63,839 bases of DNA, filler included, from Choristocarpus tenellus KU-1152 (GCA_964200185.2; 11 parts of 11 records of this genome joined end to end with filler, not necessarily neighbours in it); one strand, 5' to 3'. Positions 38,111-51,709 are shown, counted from the first letter of the whole stretch. Notes: generated from the letters alone by a model not told the origin. A program made the numbers and translations.

Positions 38111-40142
38111 CAAGGGGCATTTCTAGCTTGAATATTATTGTGAATGCTAAGTATTTCAGTAATTTGTAGTTATTACCTTGAATACATATTTTCCTGAATA
38201 AATTAGTTGGACGAAGAACTTGTGCCAACATTATACATCGTACCATCGGCGGATAAGAAAAAAAATTGTACGAGAAAGGAACATTTGCATCTGTGACAAA
38301 CCTCCATGGTGCCATGAACCAATTGGATGCCTTCTGTAACATCCCCTATATTCGCTTCATTTTTCAGTAACATACGTATCAATAATATTGATACGTATGT
38401 GGTGATGAGGGGGAAAGAGATAGATGCATACATGTTCTACAGTAGGTGGTTGATGTTCGTTCCAGAGGAATATAAATACGAATGTTATAGCCAGTTGCAA
38501 TGTTGCTTAAATTCAACTTGATCCATGGGGAGGTAAAAGACGGATCACAAACAGGGTATAAAATAATTTCTAGACTCGCCGTACAGCAGGCACATATTTA
38601 AGTTGTTGAATTGGTAAGTGGAAATATAAGAAGATACTTTGATTGGTTCTGAAACCTTATAAAGTCATCATGCCAAGGTCAAAAGTTTCTTGTGAGACCC
38701 CTGTGACCTACCATGTCAAAATAGTTAAACACAGAGGTGTTTAAAATACAACCATGTCAACGGGTTGGCTCATTGTATTCTTATTGCCAGAATCAACAAA
38801 TATGTGACATTGAGAAAAACCTTCACCTTTTACTACTGAAAAAAAGTAGTTAGAGGGTCATGATCCAAAAAAAAAGTTACAAACTTTGCCATGTTCAAGA
38901 AATGATGCGATGCAGCACACCATTCCCTACATGTGCAATCACGAGTCAAGATAAACATACATGATTTGTTTGTGTGGAGAAAAGTAAACTCTTGCCATTA
39001 TTAAGACACGAGGGTAAGGTGCGTGCCCATAGGCATTGGAAAAAGAAGGTATTATGAAAAGTTGCCTGGTGGTCATATTTTGCTTGTTCTTCAAAGAAAC
39101 AAATACCCAAACCATCTCCTGAAAATATTACACCAAGAGATTAGCCTAAGGAAATCGAGCAAAGGTTGTGTTGGGTTTAGCGTTTAATATGAGAGATACA
39201 AAAAATATGTAGCTTCTGGCATAGATATTCCGCTTGAAATGAGGATGGTTTTCTCCACGCTGGTACCTGAATGAAGAAATAGTTGTCGGTCTGGGAGCGG
39301 ACCTTTCATAAACATTAAAGTTGCAAGGCCGCAGTCAGCACCTAACCATTCATCATATATCCCGGATACTCTGGAGTACTTGTTTTTAATATGACACTAT
39401 ATATAGTCCGATCATAACGACCTGTTTTTACAAGGTAAAGTGAAACTCTTACGAGCCAAAACCAATTGGGAGACAGGTAGGGTTGCATTTCAAGGATCCC
39501 AACAAAGGGAAAGATTGCACCATTTTGATCAATTGTTGAAAGAGCTTTTGCTACACTGTGGTGTCACCTTGCGTGTGGAAAGGAGGGATATCAATTTTGC
39601 GTACACTATTGTGCACATAAGGCAATGAAATAGAGTGTGTTGCACAGGGTAAGAAATATGGCTTAGAATGCAAAGGGGTCGAAACCTGCCCTCCTCTGAA
39701 TTGGTTTGGGGCCTATACTATCCTAGGGGGGGGGGTTAGGCCAGGTCGTCTAATCAGGGCTTGATGGGGTATTTTTTACAACACCCCAGGTTGAAACTCG
39801 TTTTGCAGGTGTAACGGTTTTGGTATGCTTATTATATTATGTATGGTACACTACGTATTGTATTATACAATAATACATACATACGTCTTCTTCCAGTAGT
39901 TATAAATATTTATGAAAGGGTGATGTGGTTNNNNNNNNNNNNNNNNNNNNNNNNNNNNNNNNNNNNNNNNNNNNTTAATTAATTAANNNNNNNNNNNNNN
40001 NNNNNNNNNNNNNNNNNNNNNNNNNNNNNNTGAACGTGATTACATGGTTGTAATTGGAAGAGTGACCTCTGTGTGGTCTCTTCTCATTGCTTGTTTATTA
40101 GTTATTTGTGCTTCCCCAAGTTCAACTACTTGTGAGGTGGCC

Positions 40143-43100
40143 ATGTCACAGGCACAGTTCAGAGATGCTGTACCATCGTTTATAGCACACCACGTTAACG
40201 AGTGCGCCAGAACGAACACGGTGCCGCCCGGATGGCTTCAGGATTTGATGAACCTACAAGCTTGGGGAATGGATTCCGATCATGTAAGACCCCTCCCACA
40301 GAGTAGTGACGTCGCACGTCGACCATCAATGTCAGAAGCGAGTCGTTTCAGGTTTTCCGCTTCAGAAATACCATTGGGTCTTGTCATTACAGGTTCGGGA
40401 GAAGAGAATTTGCCACTCTTGTTTTCCAAATGGCACGTGGCAATTTCCTTGCACTCTAGGCAGTATGGTTCCGCATCCCCTGAGACAATCAACGTTCCAT
40501 GTGCAGAATTTTTACCGAAAATTCTTCAAGGTCCAGCTGAAAATTATTACTTTCAGGCGTTGGCAGGCACAGTAGAGGGGTGTTCAACAAGTGATCTGGC
40601 TTGTTTGCATTCGTCTCTTGACACTCCCATCCCCATTACACCCCCAAAGACTTGGGATGATGTCCAGAAAGCCCTGATCACTGCGTTCACTCCCGCCCAT
40701 GCTGTAAGTGTATCAGCTCGTCGACTAATGTCTTGGGAACAGGGGGAGAATGAGTCGGTGGACCAATACACTTTACGTTGCACCACAGCCATGATGAATC
40801 GATTTCTAGATGACGTTCATCGCACAACGTCGTCCTCAGATGCAGTTGACACGAAAGCTTTACTTGTCGATCAACTGAAGATAACGCTGATGGAGGATGG
40901 CTTACTCCCTGCGATTCGTCTTGAACAGATTCGGGACGAACCCGCCACCTCATTTGCACAAGCTCGTTACCGTGCCAAACAGCATGAAGCTAACCATTTG
41001 TCTGGCCATAACCCCAACCCCATAACTTACACGAGTGCTGTGACCCACAATTCTCGTCATGGACAGGTTCCTCGTAGCGAACTCGAGCAATCACAACGAT
41101 AGTGCCAACGGCTCCGTACGGAGGTAGAACATCACCGAGCAGGGGGGGCAACCCTCCACAGGGCCCCAGCTCGGTCGTCGACGGGTACACCTCCCTCAGC
41201 CGGGCACATTGACAGACCAACGCGACCACAAGACACGTCACCCTATTCAGCCTCACCGTCCAACTCAACGTACACCATGGATCAGCAAAATAGTGTGTGC
41301 CAGTACCCGGGTTGCCAGGCAGCGACTCGTGAGGGTCAAACAATCCAGTCGTGCCTCGACAATCCGCCGGGTGCTCGTTTGCCATACTTGCGTCGTAGAG
41401 GCAGGGGTCGTGGAAGTCATGTTCGTGTTCGTGAGGACAGTGAGTCAACACCTGGCCATTATGGTCCGCGTCCCTAGGGGTGCCCAGGAGGATTTGACTT
41501 CCTGTCCACTTGGGAACAGCCATGGTGTTGTTGTTGACACCATCGTAGGGAGTAGCAAGCGTCAGAGGTTGACGCCAATCTCACCTCTTGCTCCGCAGGC
41601 ATCGTTTATTGCCTGCATGCATGTCACTTAGCATTTTTCTTTGCCATTAGTTCAACCAAACTCTCTTGTAATAATAATGAAACTTGGTTCAACATTTCTT
41701 TGTGAAGATATCCAGCCATGCCCAAACCTTCGTCGTTTTCATCACAAAGGGTGCGTGTATCTGGCACCGTTGAAGAACAAGAGGAAAATGACTTGACAAT
41801 TGACACAGACAGTGATGTACCATGTATTTCTGAAATATTTGTTCGCAATCACCCTCAATTGAAACGTTTTGATGTGCATCCTGTCCCACCTGGTGCAATA
41901 AATCTACGTGCAGCAAATGGTTGACCTTTGCATATTCGTGGATTTATTCGTTTTGCTCTTACACTTGTTGACACCACATTGCCAGTTGAAGCTTTAGTGT
42001 TATTCCCCAACTTGGTTCCGATAAAATTCTTCTTGATAATAGTGTTATGCAGGCATTCGGTGCAATCCTTGATTGGCAAGAACAACGTCTTTCATTTCAC
42101 AACAGTTCGTGTACCATTCCAGCAAGACATTACATGACAAGGAGCCCCACTCAAGTACGTGATACAAGTACCATTTCTTCATGTTCTGTGGTGAGTGTGC
42201 AACATGATTTTGAACCTATATTGTTCGTGTACATAAACAGTACAACATACCAGCTGGTCATGAAATCATCGTACGTTGCACCACTGATACTAGTCCGTAA
42301 TTGGATACTGCCGTAGTAGTGGAGCCAGTCATACACTCCATGCCTGCTGTAGATCAAACCACTGAACCTACACGTCCATGGAATCGTATCGTAGCTGCTT
42401 GCACTCTCAGTATTTGGTCAGCAAGTAATAGATCAGTATTGGTTCAAATGGCAAATCCAACAACACGGAAAGTACGTATCAGGAAGCATCTTGTGATAGG
42501 TCACTTAATCCTTATTTCAGATCAGGTACCAATTACTGTTAGTGCTCCAAATACTGATTCTGCTCCATTCAGTAAAGCTAGAGAGGAATTACATCAAGCC
42601 TTCACCAAGTCAAACTCATTCAAAGATACCACATTCAATCAGTCACAAGTGTCTCAACTTTTAGACCTCTGTACTCGTTATAGATCGATATTTTCGTTGA
42701 ATGCAGCAGAGAGTGAAAGTATCTTAGAGGGTACGAGTTTTGCCCTTTTTGTCCATTTGGGGCTTGGCTTCCCATGTTTTTTTTTATGACATTTTCCTAC
42801 TCCGAAATGTTTCAGAGTAGGTAAGATGTATACGTTATGAAATGGTGCGTTCGGAAAAAGGGTATTGACACTTCCTAGCAAACACAATAACCGAAAATAC
42901 ATCCAAATTGCAACATTGGATTTTGGCCCCAAATGGACGCGCCCCTACCCTCTAACATACCTTGGCTCAGAACTAGGCAGATGTACCCTAGCTGAAGCAG
43001 AAATTCCTATTGAGCCTGGTACCAAACCTGTTGACAGGAACCCTTACAGAGCAAGCCCCCGTACTCAACAAGTAATTGACTCGTATGTTAATACTATGGA

Positions 43101-44046
43101 AGAGCAAGGCATTTTTGAAAAACGTGCTAGCCCTTGGGGTAGTCCTGTTACTATTGTAGCCAAATCTGATTGCTCCCCACGATTCTGTGTGGACTATAGG
43201 TCAACTGTTAACAAACATCTTGTTCGACAGTTTTGGCCTATGCCTGATATAGAGTCTCATATTGATACTGTTGTGGGTGCTAAATTTATCACCTTTTGTG
43301 ATATTCAGAGTGCATATTGGCCGATTCCTGTTGCTGAGGATGACATTGATAAAACCGCTTTTGTCACGTCCAGAGGCAAATACGTTTTTAAGAGGATACC
43401 CTTTGGGATATCAAATGCCCCTTGGCAATTTCAAAGAATCATGCCCTTAGCCTTTGACAACTTTGGTCCTTTGAGTGGGTTGCTAGTTTACATGGATGTC
43501 TGCTTGCTTGTTCTCCCACATGGGAAGGAGATATACACTTACTAGAACAGCAGTTCAAAGCGTTACAAGCAGCAGGGTTAACCTTGAAACCGTCAAAGAT
43601 CCAGTTTGGACCAAAAGAAGTACGTTACCTTGGTCACATTTTATCGTCTGAAGGGATTCGTATCGGTGAGGATCGTGTCCGTGCAATCACTGGATTACCC
43701 AAACTCACCACCATCGAAGAACTTCGATCTGTCATAGGTATGATAAACTTTGTGCGTAAATTCATACCCAACTTAGCCACAGTAATCGAACCGTTAGTTC
43801 TTCTCACTAAGAAAGGTGTCAATAAGAGAGTGGATAAAGAATGGGGATTGGACCAGGATGTGGCATTTTTTAAAGTAAAACAATTACTCACTGCTGCCCC
43901 GGTTCTCGTGTTTCTTGACTTTACCAAAAAATTCATCATCCATGTTGATGCCAGTGAGAGTGGTGCTGGAGGTTTTTAGCACAACCTCGATCCGATAATC
44001 CTGCAGACCTAGGTATTATTGCATACTTCAGCAAGAAATTTAATGA
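40143..44046 (+). mobile_element. Ty3/Gypsy LTR retrotransposon gag-pol (gag, protease, RT, RNase H start), frameshifted and cut by the contig end
   Basis: Gag WEQGENESVDQY, protease-like TIDTDSDVPCISE, RT SPWGSPVTIVAKSDCSPRFCVDYR...DIQSAYW...KTAF...PFGISNAP..FQR...YMD, then VRYLGHI and RNase H FIIHVDAS. Confidence 0.93.
42711..42968 (+). mobile_element. MITE family A inserted in Gypsy pol
   Basis: Flanked by AGA on both sides. Removing the element plus one AGA restores the reading FSLNAAE-LGRCTLAEAEIP. Confidence 0.9.
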
Positions 44047-44244
44047 NNNNNNNNNNNNNNNNNNNNNNNNNNNNNNNNNNNNNNNNNNNNTTAATTAATT
44101 AANNNNNNNNNNNNNNNNNNNNNNNNNNNNNNNNNNNNNNNNNNNNATCCATCCATGAATATTTAATGCATGGGCGACCCTTTCGTCATCATTACCTGCG
44201 CATCGTTCTCGTTGACGTCCTTCATGGCCATTCCCTTTTTGCAG

Positions 44245-44694
44245 ATACAAGTCGTTCAACAGGAGGCTTCCTACGGCGAGGGACTACAAGGAGATCGAAT
44301 CGGACGCGCACATGTCTGAAATGGTTGTCTCGCGCATGAGGCAGATTGTGCCCAAGGAGAAGTGGACACGAGAGCTCCAAAGGTTTGTAAATGGTGGAAG
44401 TTACAGCGGTTATCTTCCTTTTTTTCCTTTCCCGTATCTCCAGTGCACCCATACGTGGCCATGCGCCCCTCAATTGCAAAATATACTGTCAGCATAGTTT
44501 TCGGCACCGCACTAATTGGCTGTTGCAAACTTCTTTTTTCACGTTACGTGAATGATACATGGGCTGCCAGGGAAATTAACAAGCTCGCATATGAGAACGG
44601 CAATATGCACGACATCTGGGTCAAGCCCCACTACGAGGAGTGGAAGAGGGAGGTGGCGGAACTTCTGAAGAAGGTTTCATCTGGCAACCAATAA
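44245..44694 (+). CDS. Last two exons of an unidentified protein-coding gene
   Basis: Exons 44245-44382 and 44571-44694 (GT-AG, phase 2) splice to YKSFNRRLPTARDYKEIESDAHMSEMVVSRMRQIVPKEKWTRELQREINKLAYENGNMHDIWVKPHYEEWKREVAELLKKVSSGNQ*. Codon usage is GC3-rich. Confidence 0.6.
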
Positions 44695-45403
44695 GCGGGG
44701 CCCGTCCGGCAGCTGAGGGCAAACATCGCGACGGTAGTTGGAATGAAACCTCTGCAACGGGTCAGAGCTGTGAGTGTGCCTCCTGTGTTGGTAATTGTAG
44801 CTGAAATATGGCTTGTACAAAAACAATTAGTTGACACTTGGCAGGATTCATAGCGGGTCTTCATCATCATAATGAGCGACAGAGTTGCCTTCCCTACAAC
44901 AAACGATGCTATTTTGTCAGTTCTAGTCTTTCGTTGCTATTAGCAGGAATAGCCAATCGTTTCCTTCTACTCTAGACAACGATCTTGGAGTGAAACTATC
45001 TTAGAGGGTACGAATTTTTCCCTGTTTGTCATGGGTTTTTTTATGACATTTTCCGACTCCAAAATGTTTCGTAATAGGTAAAATGTATACATTTGTATGG
45101 CTTGGCTTTCCATGCCGCGCCATCGAATGCATTACCTGCACCCAGCCCCTACACAAGATTTCACATGCGTGTACCACTATGTGTGTGCACACGTTTTTGA
45201 TCATCATGGCCCATCAACAAAACACATATGCTTGACCAAAGAGGCACATGATACTGACATTTGACTCACCAGCAGAGCTTCCATCTATGGCCAAATATGT
45301 TGATCTTGATTGAATGATTCCCAAGTGTAACCAGTCTCCAAGATCACTCTCATTTTTCTGATGCTATGTTCTTCACGTGTCCCTGTTTGTTGATTGCTCG
45401 TAG

Positions 45404-48046
45404 GCCATTGGTTGTGGGGACTACCATGCACTCGTGGTATCACAGGGCAACAACCACTGCCTTGCATCCGGGATGAACACGTATGGGCAACTGGGGCTAG
45501 GTGACTATAACCCCCGGTACAGGCTCACCCACGTGACCGGACTGCAGGTGAGCCTGGGCAATGAACGGCGTATTGAGGAAGCCTATGCTGCCTATTGTTG
45601 GGAGGGATGGTACATAGTATAGCGAGGTGTGTTTCGTCCAGAACCCTATGTGCTACCATGAAGGTTACATCAAGGTGGAGAAAGGGGGCCAGTTCAGATG
45701 TAATTTACAGAACTCTGACACCATAGTTTTTCCAATGTTAGCAGAGTTATTGATTTCTCCTGCAGGGGAAAGAAGAAGAGTTGTGGGCTATTCTGGAAAC
45801 GGAAAAAACAATGGTCATGACAAGTAGACCTTGTGTTTCATGGAGTTTTTGCAATCTGTAAGTTTTCCACACCTGCTTGTGGTTTCTTGTCATCATGGGC
45901 TCACACCAGAATAATGCCCAACCCAACATTCTTGCCTAATGCTTGATAATGTAGAGCATTCAATTCCTTGGTTATACATGATATACCATCTTAAAGCCTC
46001 ATATGAGCAATCACTCTCAACTTCATAGTATTTTTGGTAAACTATACAGCAGCCTCATAAAACCAATCTACCTACAGTGTTGATGAGCGTGCAATGGTGG
46101 TCACATGAGGAAGAAATTCCTGTGAGAAATCCTTGGTGGAGCAGTAGGCCACACTCTCAACATTCGTTGCAACACCAACTACAGAAGTTCCCACCTAGTA
46201 GTGCTGAAGCTGTGTCCCTTTGGTGCTAGTATGACAGTGACATGTCTATTGTTTCCTCCAAGGCGCCTTTCTGGCAAGAAATGCCCAGAGCCTGCATTCC
46301 ACCTCCTGCCCTCCTACTTGTAGTGGAAAATTGCAGGGGGTCAACACGGTGGAATTGGCAGGGGGCACGCACCACTCTTTGGTTCTGTGCTTGGATGGGA
46401 CCATGTACTCCTTTGGAAGAAAGGATTACGGCCAGCTTGGGGTCACTGAATCCATCCGAGAAGAGGACTGGGGGAGAAGCATCCCTCACCCCACCAAGGT
46501 ACATCTTCACTCTAATGTCATCCCTCCATCAAAACGAATCTCAAACTACAGCAAATCTCTGAAAGTGCTCAGTACCTAGTCAGACACCCAGTGATCCATG
46601 TGGAGTTACTTTTGGATTCTCACCAACGTTGAACTGGGGTAGTGTCATTCAAGCTACATTTCAGCATATCCACTGTATGTACGTGTCTGTGTGAAAATGT
46701 GATAGTGCATATTGCTTGTCGCAAGTTGTGAGGCCTATTGAGGTTGTATGAGTGGTGTGTGTGCTAAGTGTGGGTAGGTATTCACCAGTTAACCTTCTTG
46801 GAATGGAACTAGTCGTTCGTGCAGTTGAGGGGAAGGGAGAGCGCCGCTTTGTCTGTGTGTCATACTCTATGCACACCTGTTGCACCCACTTGTTCTTGTT
46901 GGTTTACTTCCGCCATTGATGGTATGTTCTCAATATGGACAGGTAATGCTCCAAGGCGTGTCGACAATCAAGTGCGACTCCAACCACTGCTTGGCAGTAA
47001 CGCATGAGCAGGAGCTATATACGTGAGTTCTCGATAGAGGTTAATGGGCAGTCCGTATAGCCAATGCATGAACTGAATGGTGAGAGTGCAGTAGGGTCTA
47101 GCGGCGTGTACTATGACTGCAGTGACGTTCTTGCACCTGAGTCAAAGTAAACGAGAAGTACCCCAGGTTTTGTCCATTTTGCATTTCAAGCCGAATCTTT
47201 TCATCTTTTGCAATTCGGTGGTATTTCTGTGGATGAAGTGCTGAGTTTGACTTGAGAGCATTGCTTTCTCTGTTATTTGAACGTTTTCGACACAATACAG
47301 AAAAAATCCCATTCGCATTTGCAAAAAAGGCCGAAATTTGCACACATTTGTCAGCATCCTTGATATCCAACTCTGGGTACCTCTCGTTTACTTTGACTCC
47401 CTAAAAGTAGGCAAGGCAGGGTTGGAGCAAGTGAGAACATTGTTACAGAAGAAAAGGAAGAAGGTAGCAGTATGGGTGCACAGAAGAGCTATTTGTACAC
47501 AAGTTGATTGTTGTAGTCCTTGCACTGGGCAGGACAAATTCGCCGTCGCGGTGAGGTTCATGGGTTTCTACCAAGAATCGTTATGTGTCCAAAAATGGGA
47601 AAGAAGTGGTTGCTAATTTGTTGAACACTGCACTCATATATCGGATGCTTTGAAGTGGATGGAATGCAAGAAGAAAGGGAAATATGAGAAATGAAAATGC
47701 ATGGATGCTCGAGATGCTCCATTCCAGACTTGGGGATGGGGCGAAGTATTGCTTGTCTTGTACAGGCCTGCTGCACCTCCACTAGTCCATATATACGGTG
47801 TAGCACTAAGTAGCACGTTGTGAGAAGTTTTCTGAACAAGACATACTTATCTTCCTTTGAGTTGATTGGAAGGAGAAGAAGCAAGATCTTGGGGACATCC
47901 ATAGTGGAATAACTTTCACCACAGACATCACTGCTTTCAACCTCTGTGATGTGCAGGTGGGGCTACGGGGATACGGGGATACGGGCTCACTTGGGCTGAG
48001 GGTCAAGAAGGACCACAGCATTCCGACCAAGGTCGACTTGGCAGAG
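45404..48046 (+). pseudogene. RCC1-repeat protein, internal exons, frameshifted
   Basis: Exons 45404-45547 (IGCGDYHAL...GMNTYGQLGLGD), 46337-46498 (LAGGTHHSLVL..DGTMYSFGRKDYGQLG), 46943-47022 (CDSNHCLAVT...LYT) and 47957-48046 (WGYGDTGSLG, only after removing an 8-bp duplication). Confidence 0.85.
47139..47399. mobile_element. MITE family C (~261 bp)
   Basis: TIRs GAGTCAAAGTAAACGAGAAGTACCC...GGGTACCTCTCGTTTACTTTGACTC flanked by CCT on both sides. Diverged copies lie at ~62848-63106 and ~1560-1805. Confidence 0.85.
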
Positions 48047-48361
48047 GTGTGTGTGTGTGTGTGTTCTTGTCCGTTTGTGTCTCCTCAGTTGTGCCTAGCC
48101 CTTTGTTGAATATCCATATTTGCAACGGTGATCCAGACATGATGCCTTTCCTTGATGAAGATAGATACCAAGCCTACCAGTAGTGTAGTACTTGGGTAAC
48201 AACCTCTACGATATCCTTCTGTGACAATACTGTAGTGGTGTGTTATGTGCCAGTTCTTTGTNNNNNNNNNNNNNNNNNNNNNNNNNNNNNNNNNNNNNNN
48301 NNNNNTTAATTAATTAANNNNNNNNNNNNNNNNNNNNNNNNNNNNNNNNNNNNNNNNNNNN

Positions 48362-51300
48362 AGAGTCAGCTATGGGTGAAACAGTAGGGGAAGTAAAAAA
48401 AGAAGCACATGCGGTTGAGAGGAAGAGCACAGGGGGGAGGAGAATGACTGAGGGGCAGCAGGGGAGGGGGGCACAAGATGTGAAGAAGAGTTTTGGGTCG
48501 GTGAATGCTGTGGCTGTGCCACCAATGACGGCGCCCTTAGTGGGCGTTGGGCGGGAGAGAGATCCTCAGCTAGAGTGCACGTTACGGACTCTGGAGCGTG
48601 TACACAAGGCCTTCTACAGCGAGGAGACAGGACAGCCACGGTAAGTTTTTCCCTGGTTATGTGTATATCATTGTGTATATCATTGTGTATATCATTGGAG
48701 TATTGCTCTTCGGTTGGCCTTGTATCGTAGGTATAGATAGATTGTTTTGTCCTTGTATGCTACCTAGGGTATTATTCATCATTGCTACTCTGGGGTGCCT
48801 TAGAGGGTAGGTGTGGGAGGGTCTACCTGTATGTCTTTTTGCCATCTAGGTGAGGTGCTAGCATTTCCCAGGTCTGTCATATGGAACACTCCTAGAAGTC
48901 TTGTTTTCTCCTTGTATTTGTGGTTGTGTGGTGTGGTGTGGGGTGGGGTGGGGTGGGGTGGCGCGTGATGTATAGAGTGAGAGTATCTTAGAGGGTTATG
49001 AGTTTTGCCCTGTTTGTCTGTTTGGGGCTTGGCTTCCCACATTTTTTTTTATTACATTTTGCCTATCCTGAAATATTTCAAAGTAGGTGTAAAATGTAAA
49101 CGTTATGAAAAGGTGTGTACAGAACAAGAATATAGACACTTCCTAACAAACACGATAGCCAAAATTACATCAAAATCGCAACATTGAATATTGGCCCCCC
49201 AAACGCACGCGGCTCTACCCTAACCCTAAGATACTTCGACTCGTACTTCACCTTGGACACACTCAACAAGTTGTGCTCACACACACAAGTCATTGTGTGC
49301 AGTGTGCAGCTATACCTGTAGTGGTGTTTGACAAGAACTGTGTAAGGTGGGTTCCCGACCCCGCCTTTCTCATCATGTTTCAAATTGTATCTTTTTTATT
49401 TCAATACACATGCTGCAGGCAAACTCAATTGCATGAGGACATCTCTTGTTATAGGAAAGGTACCCATCAGGAGCAGCACTTTAATCCTCCCCTTCTGGCC
49501 CCGACCCCCACTTTTTTTTCCCAACAGGGATGAGGTTTTTTGTGCATTGGCAGTATTGGAAGGGGGGTTTATTATTTTATTTTATTTTTAACTTCGTCCT
49601 TATTTTGCCGGTTCTCTTGACTTGTCTCAGCAAGGCACTCACTCTCTTTGAGCGCAACTCTTTATAAGCAAATTCCTCCCTCTCTATAGCTCTCGGTCCA
49701 AGCACCAGCATCAACAAAGTAGCCTATATATGATGAAACTATTTTCCTCTGTTGACCTTTTGTATTCCTTTCTTAAGCCCCTTTCTCGCCAACGCCAGTC
49801 ATTCCCACCACGCCCCACCTGTCACCAGCCTGCTGCCCCCACAAATATTGCAAGCTCGCTGTGATAATGCTGCCTGTTGTGCAATACCCCCGTCCCCTGC
49901 CACAGAGCTGTGGCACGCTTCCTGGGCGACATTCGCAGATCAGTCCTACGCGGGGTTCGCCTAGTGCTCAGTGGGCTGATACCCGTGTCAGTGGCAGGGA
50001 GCCCAAGCGGGAGGGATCACCGCATTTGTGTCATGGCGTGTGCGCTTGGTGCAGTGGTTGAAGAGTCGTTCACACAGTACACAACGCATGTGGTCGCAGC
50101 TAGAGCAGGAACAGTCAAGGTGTGGATGTGGGTGTGGGTGTGTGCGCGCTTTTTTGTGTTGGGCTGTGGTGGTTGCTAGCGTTGGTTGTTTATTTTAAGA
50201 GGTCTCCGTAGTGGTCGCATTGAGAGGGTGGTTGTGTTTTCATTGAAAGAAATATCCATGCTCTGGAGATTTTTGTGGTAAGGAGAGGAGAGAACGGTTT
50301 GTGTATTGAGGGGGCACATTGTACATCATTTTTGGTTGGATGGGTGCAAATTACTGTATCTGAATGTGTAGGTGCATATTGGGGTCATGATGAAGATGCA
50401 CTCTTCAGTGAGATACAGACCTTTTTATTGATTCACTAGATAGGTTACACCCCATTCTCCACATCCAGAGAGCTCTCCCTCCTGGAAACCTAAATCCATT
50501 GTGTGAGGTCATCAGTCCTGCCTCCTGCTTTTACATGCACTCAAATCCCACCCACAATATTGTGCCCCGACCTCACCTGCGCCCCTTCACCTCCCCTCTT
50601 GTCTGCTCGCAACCGGTCCCTTGTTTGGTTGGCATTGTCCTCTCTCGCCAGGTCAACAAGGGGCTCAACACCCCTGGGGTGTTTGTTGTGCATGCAGACT
50701 GGCTGATGAACTGTGTGTGGCACTGCCGACGTGAGAAGGAAACGTCTTTTCTGCTGACAGGGGTGAGAGACACTTTTTGTGTGTGCCATGCGTTTGTGGG
50801 TGTGGCGGTACAAAGTGGGGTGGATTGTCGCACAGGATAGCTTCTGGTTCGAAGCTCTTTACCTCCTTTTTCTTTTTTATGTTTTCTTTTTTGTATTTTT
50901 TGTGCTGGCTGCAAGCGTGCAGGAGTTGCTTCCACTGACGGTTTGCTTTCCAATTACATTTTTCGTCAGTGATGGTCTGTGTTTGAACTCCAGTTCTGTA
51001 CACACTGTTGGGGGTGTTGTCACAATGGGTATGGACAGCGGTGATGGTGGTATAATTTTTGTTTCTCGACTGGCGGGTAGACTGGGGCAGCACTGCGAAA
51101 GGTTGGTCAAGCTTCCTGATGCAAAATGTTCTTAAGCCTGCCCCCCTTAACACCACCTCTGCTGCCCATCCCTCCCTTAAAAGAACAACCCCCTGTGTCC
51201 TTAACGGGTGCATCATCCTCCCTTACTTCCCTTCTACACTTTGCCATGCATGATCACCTGACCTCTTCCTCACGTTGTTGCCGTTCTAACTGCCACAGCA

Positions 51301-51709
51301 AATGAGAAGGGGGCCACCACCACCACCGCCACCATCACCACCACCACCTCCACATCCACATCCAAGTCAACGGGCAGGTGGGCAGGATACCAAGTTGAAT
51401 CAAAGATTCCGTAAGCAAGTGACAGAGGAGATCGGTACCTCACAAACAAGCCGCAAACGACCAAGGGATGAGAATGATACTGGTATTGAAATCCTCGAGA
51501 ACGATGATGATGATGATGATGATGATGTGGACATGATTTCTGGCAATGCTACGGCTAGGAGAGGAAGAGGCATCGGAATATGGGGTGAGGCAGAGGGAGG
51601 GAGCAAGAGTAATTCGGTCACACGCCCCCGCAGTCAGTCAAATGACAGTTCAGGCAGTTTGGGGAGTGATCTTGATGACTTTGCTGCTGAGCTGGAAGAT
51701 ATATTGTGA
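48362..51709 (+). CDS. FCP1: RNA polymerase II CTD phosphatase FCP1/CTDP1, 3' part (end of FCPH region, BRCT domain, acidic tail)
   Basis: Exons <48362-48640 (ERDPQLECTLRTLERVHKAFY), 49906-50119 (IRRSVLRGVRLVLSGLIP...THVVAARAGTVK), 50652-50762 (VVHADWLMNCVWHCRREKE) and 51299-51709 (...DFAAELEDIL*) all splice in frame. Confidence 0.88.
48975..49242 (+). mobile_element. MITE family A full copy in an FCP1 intron
   Basis: Family A TIRs and internal sequence. The TSD is not clean. Confidence 0.85.
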
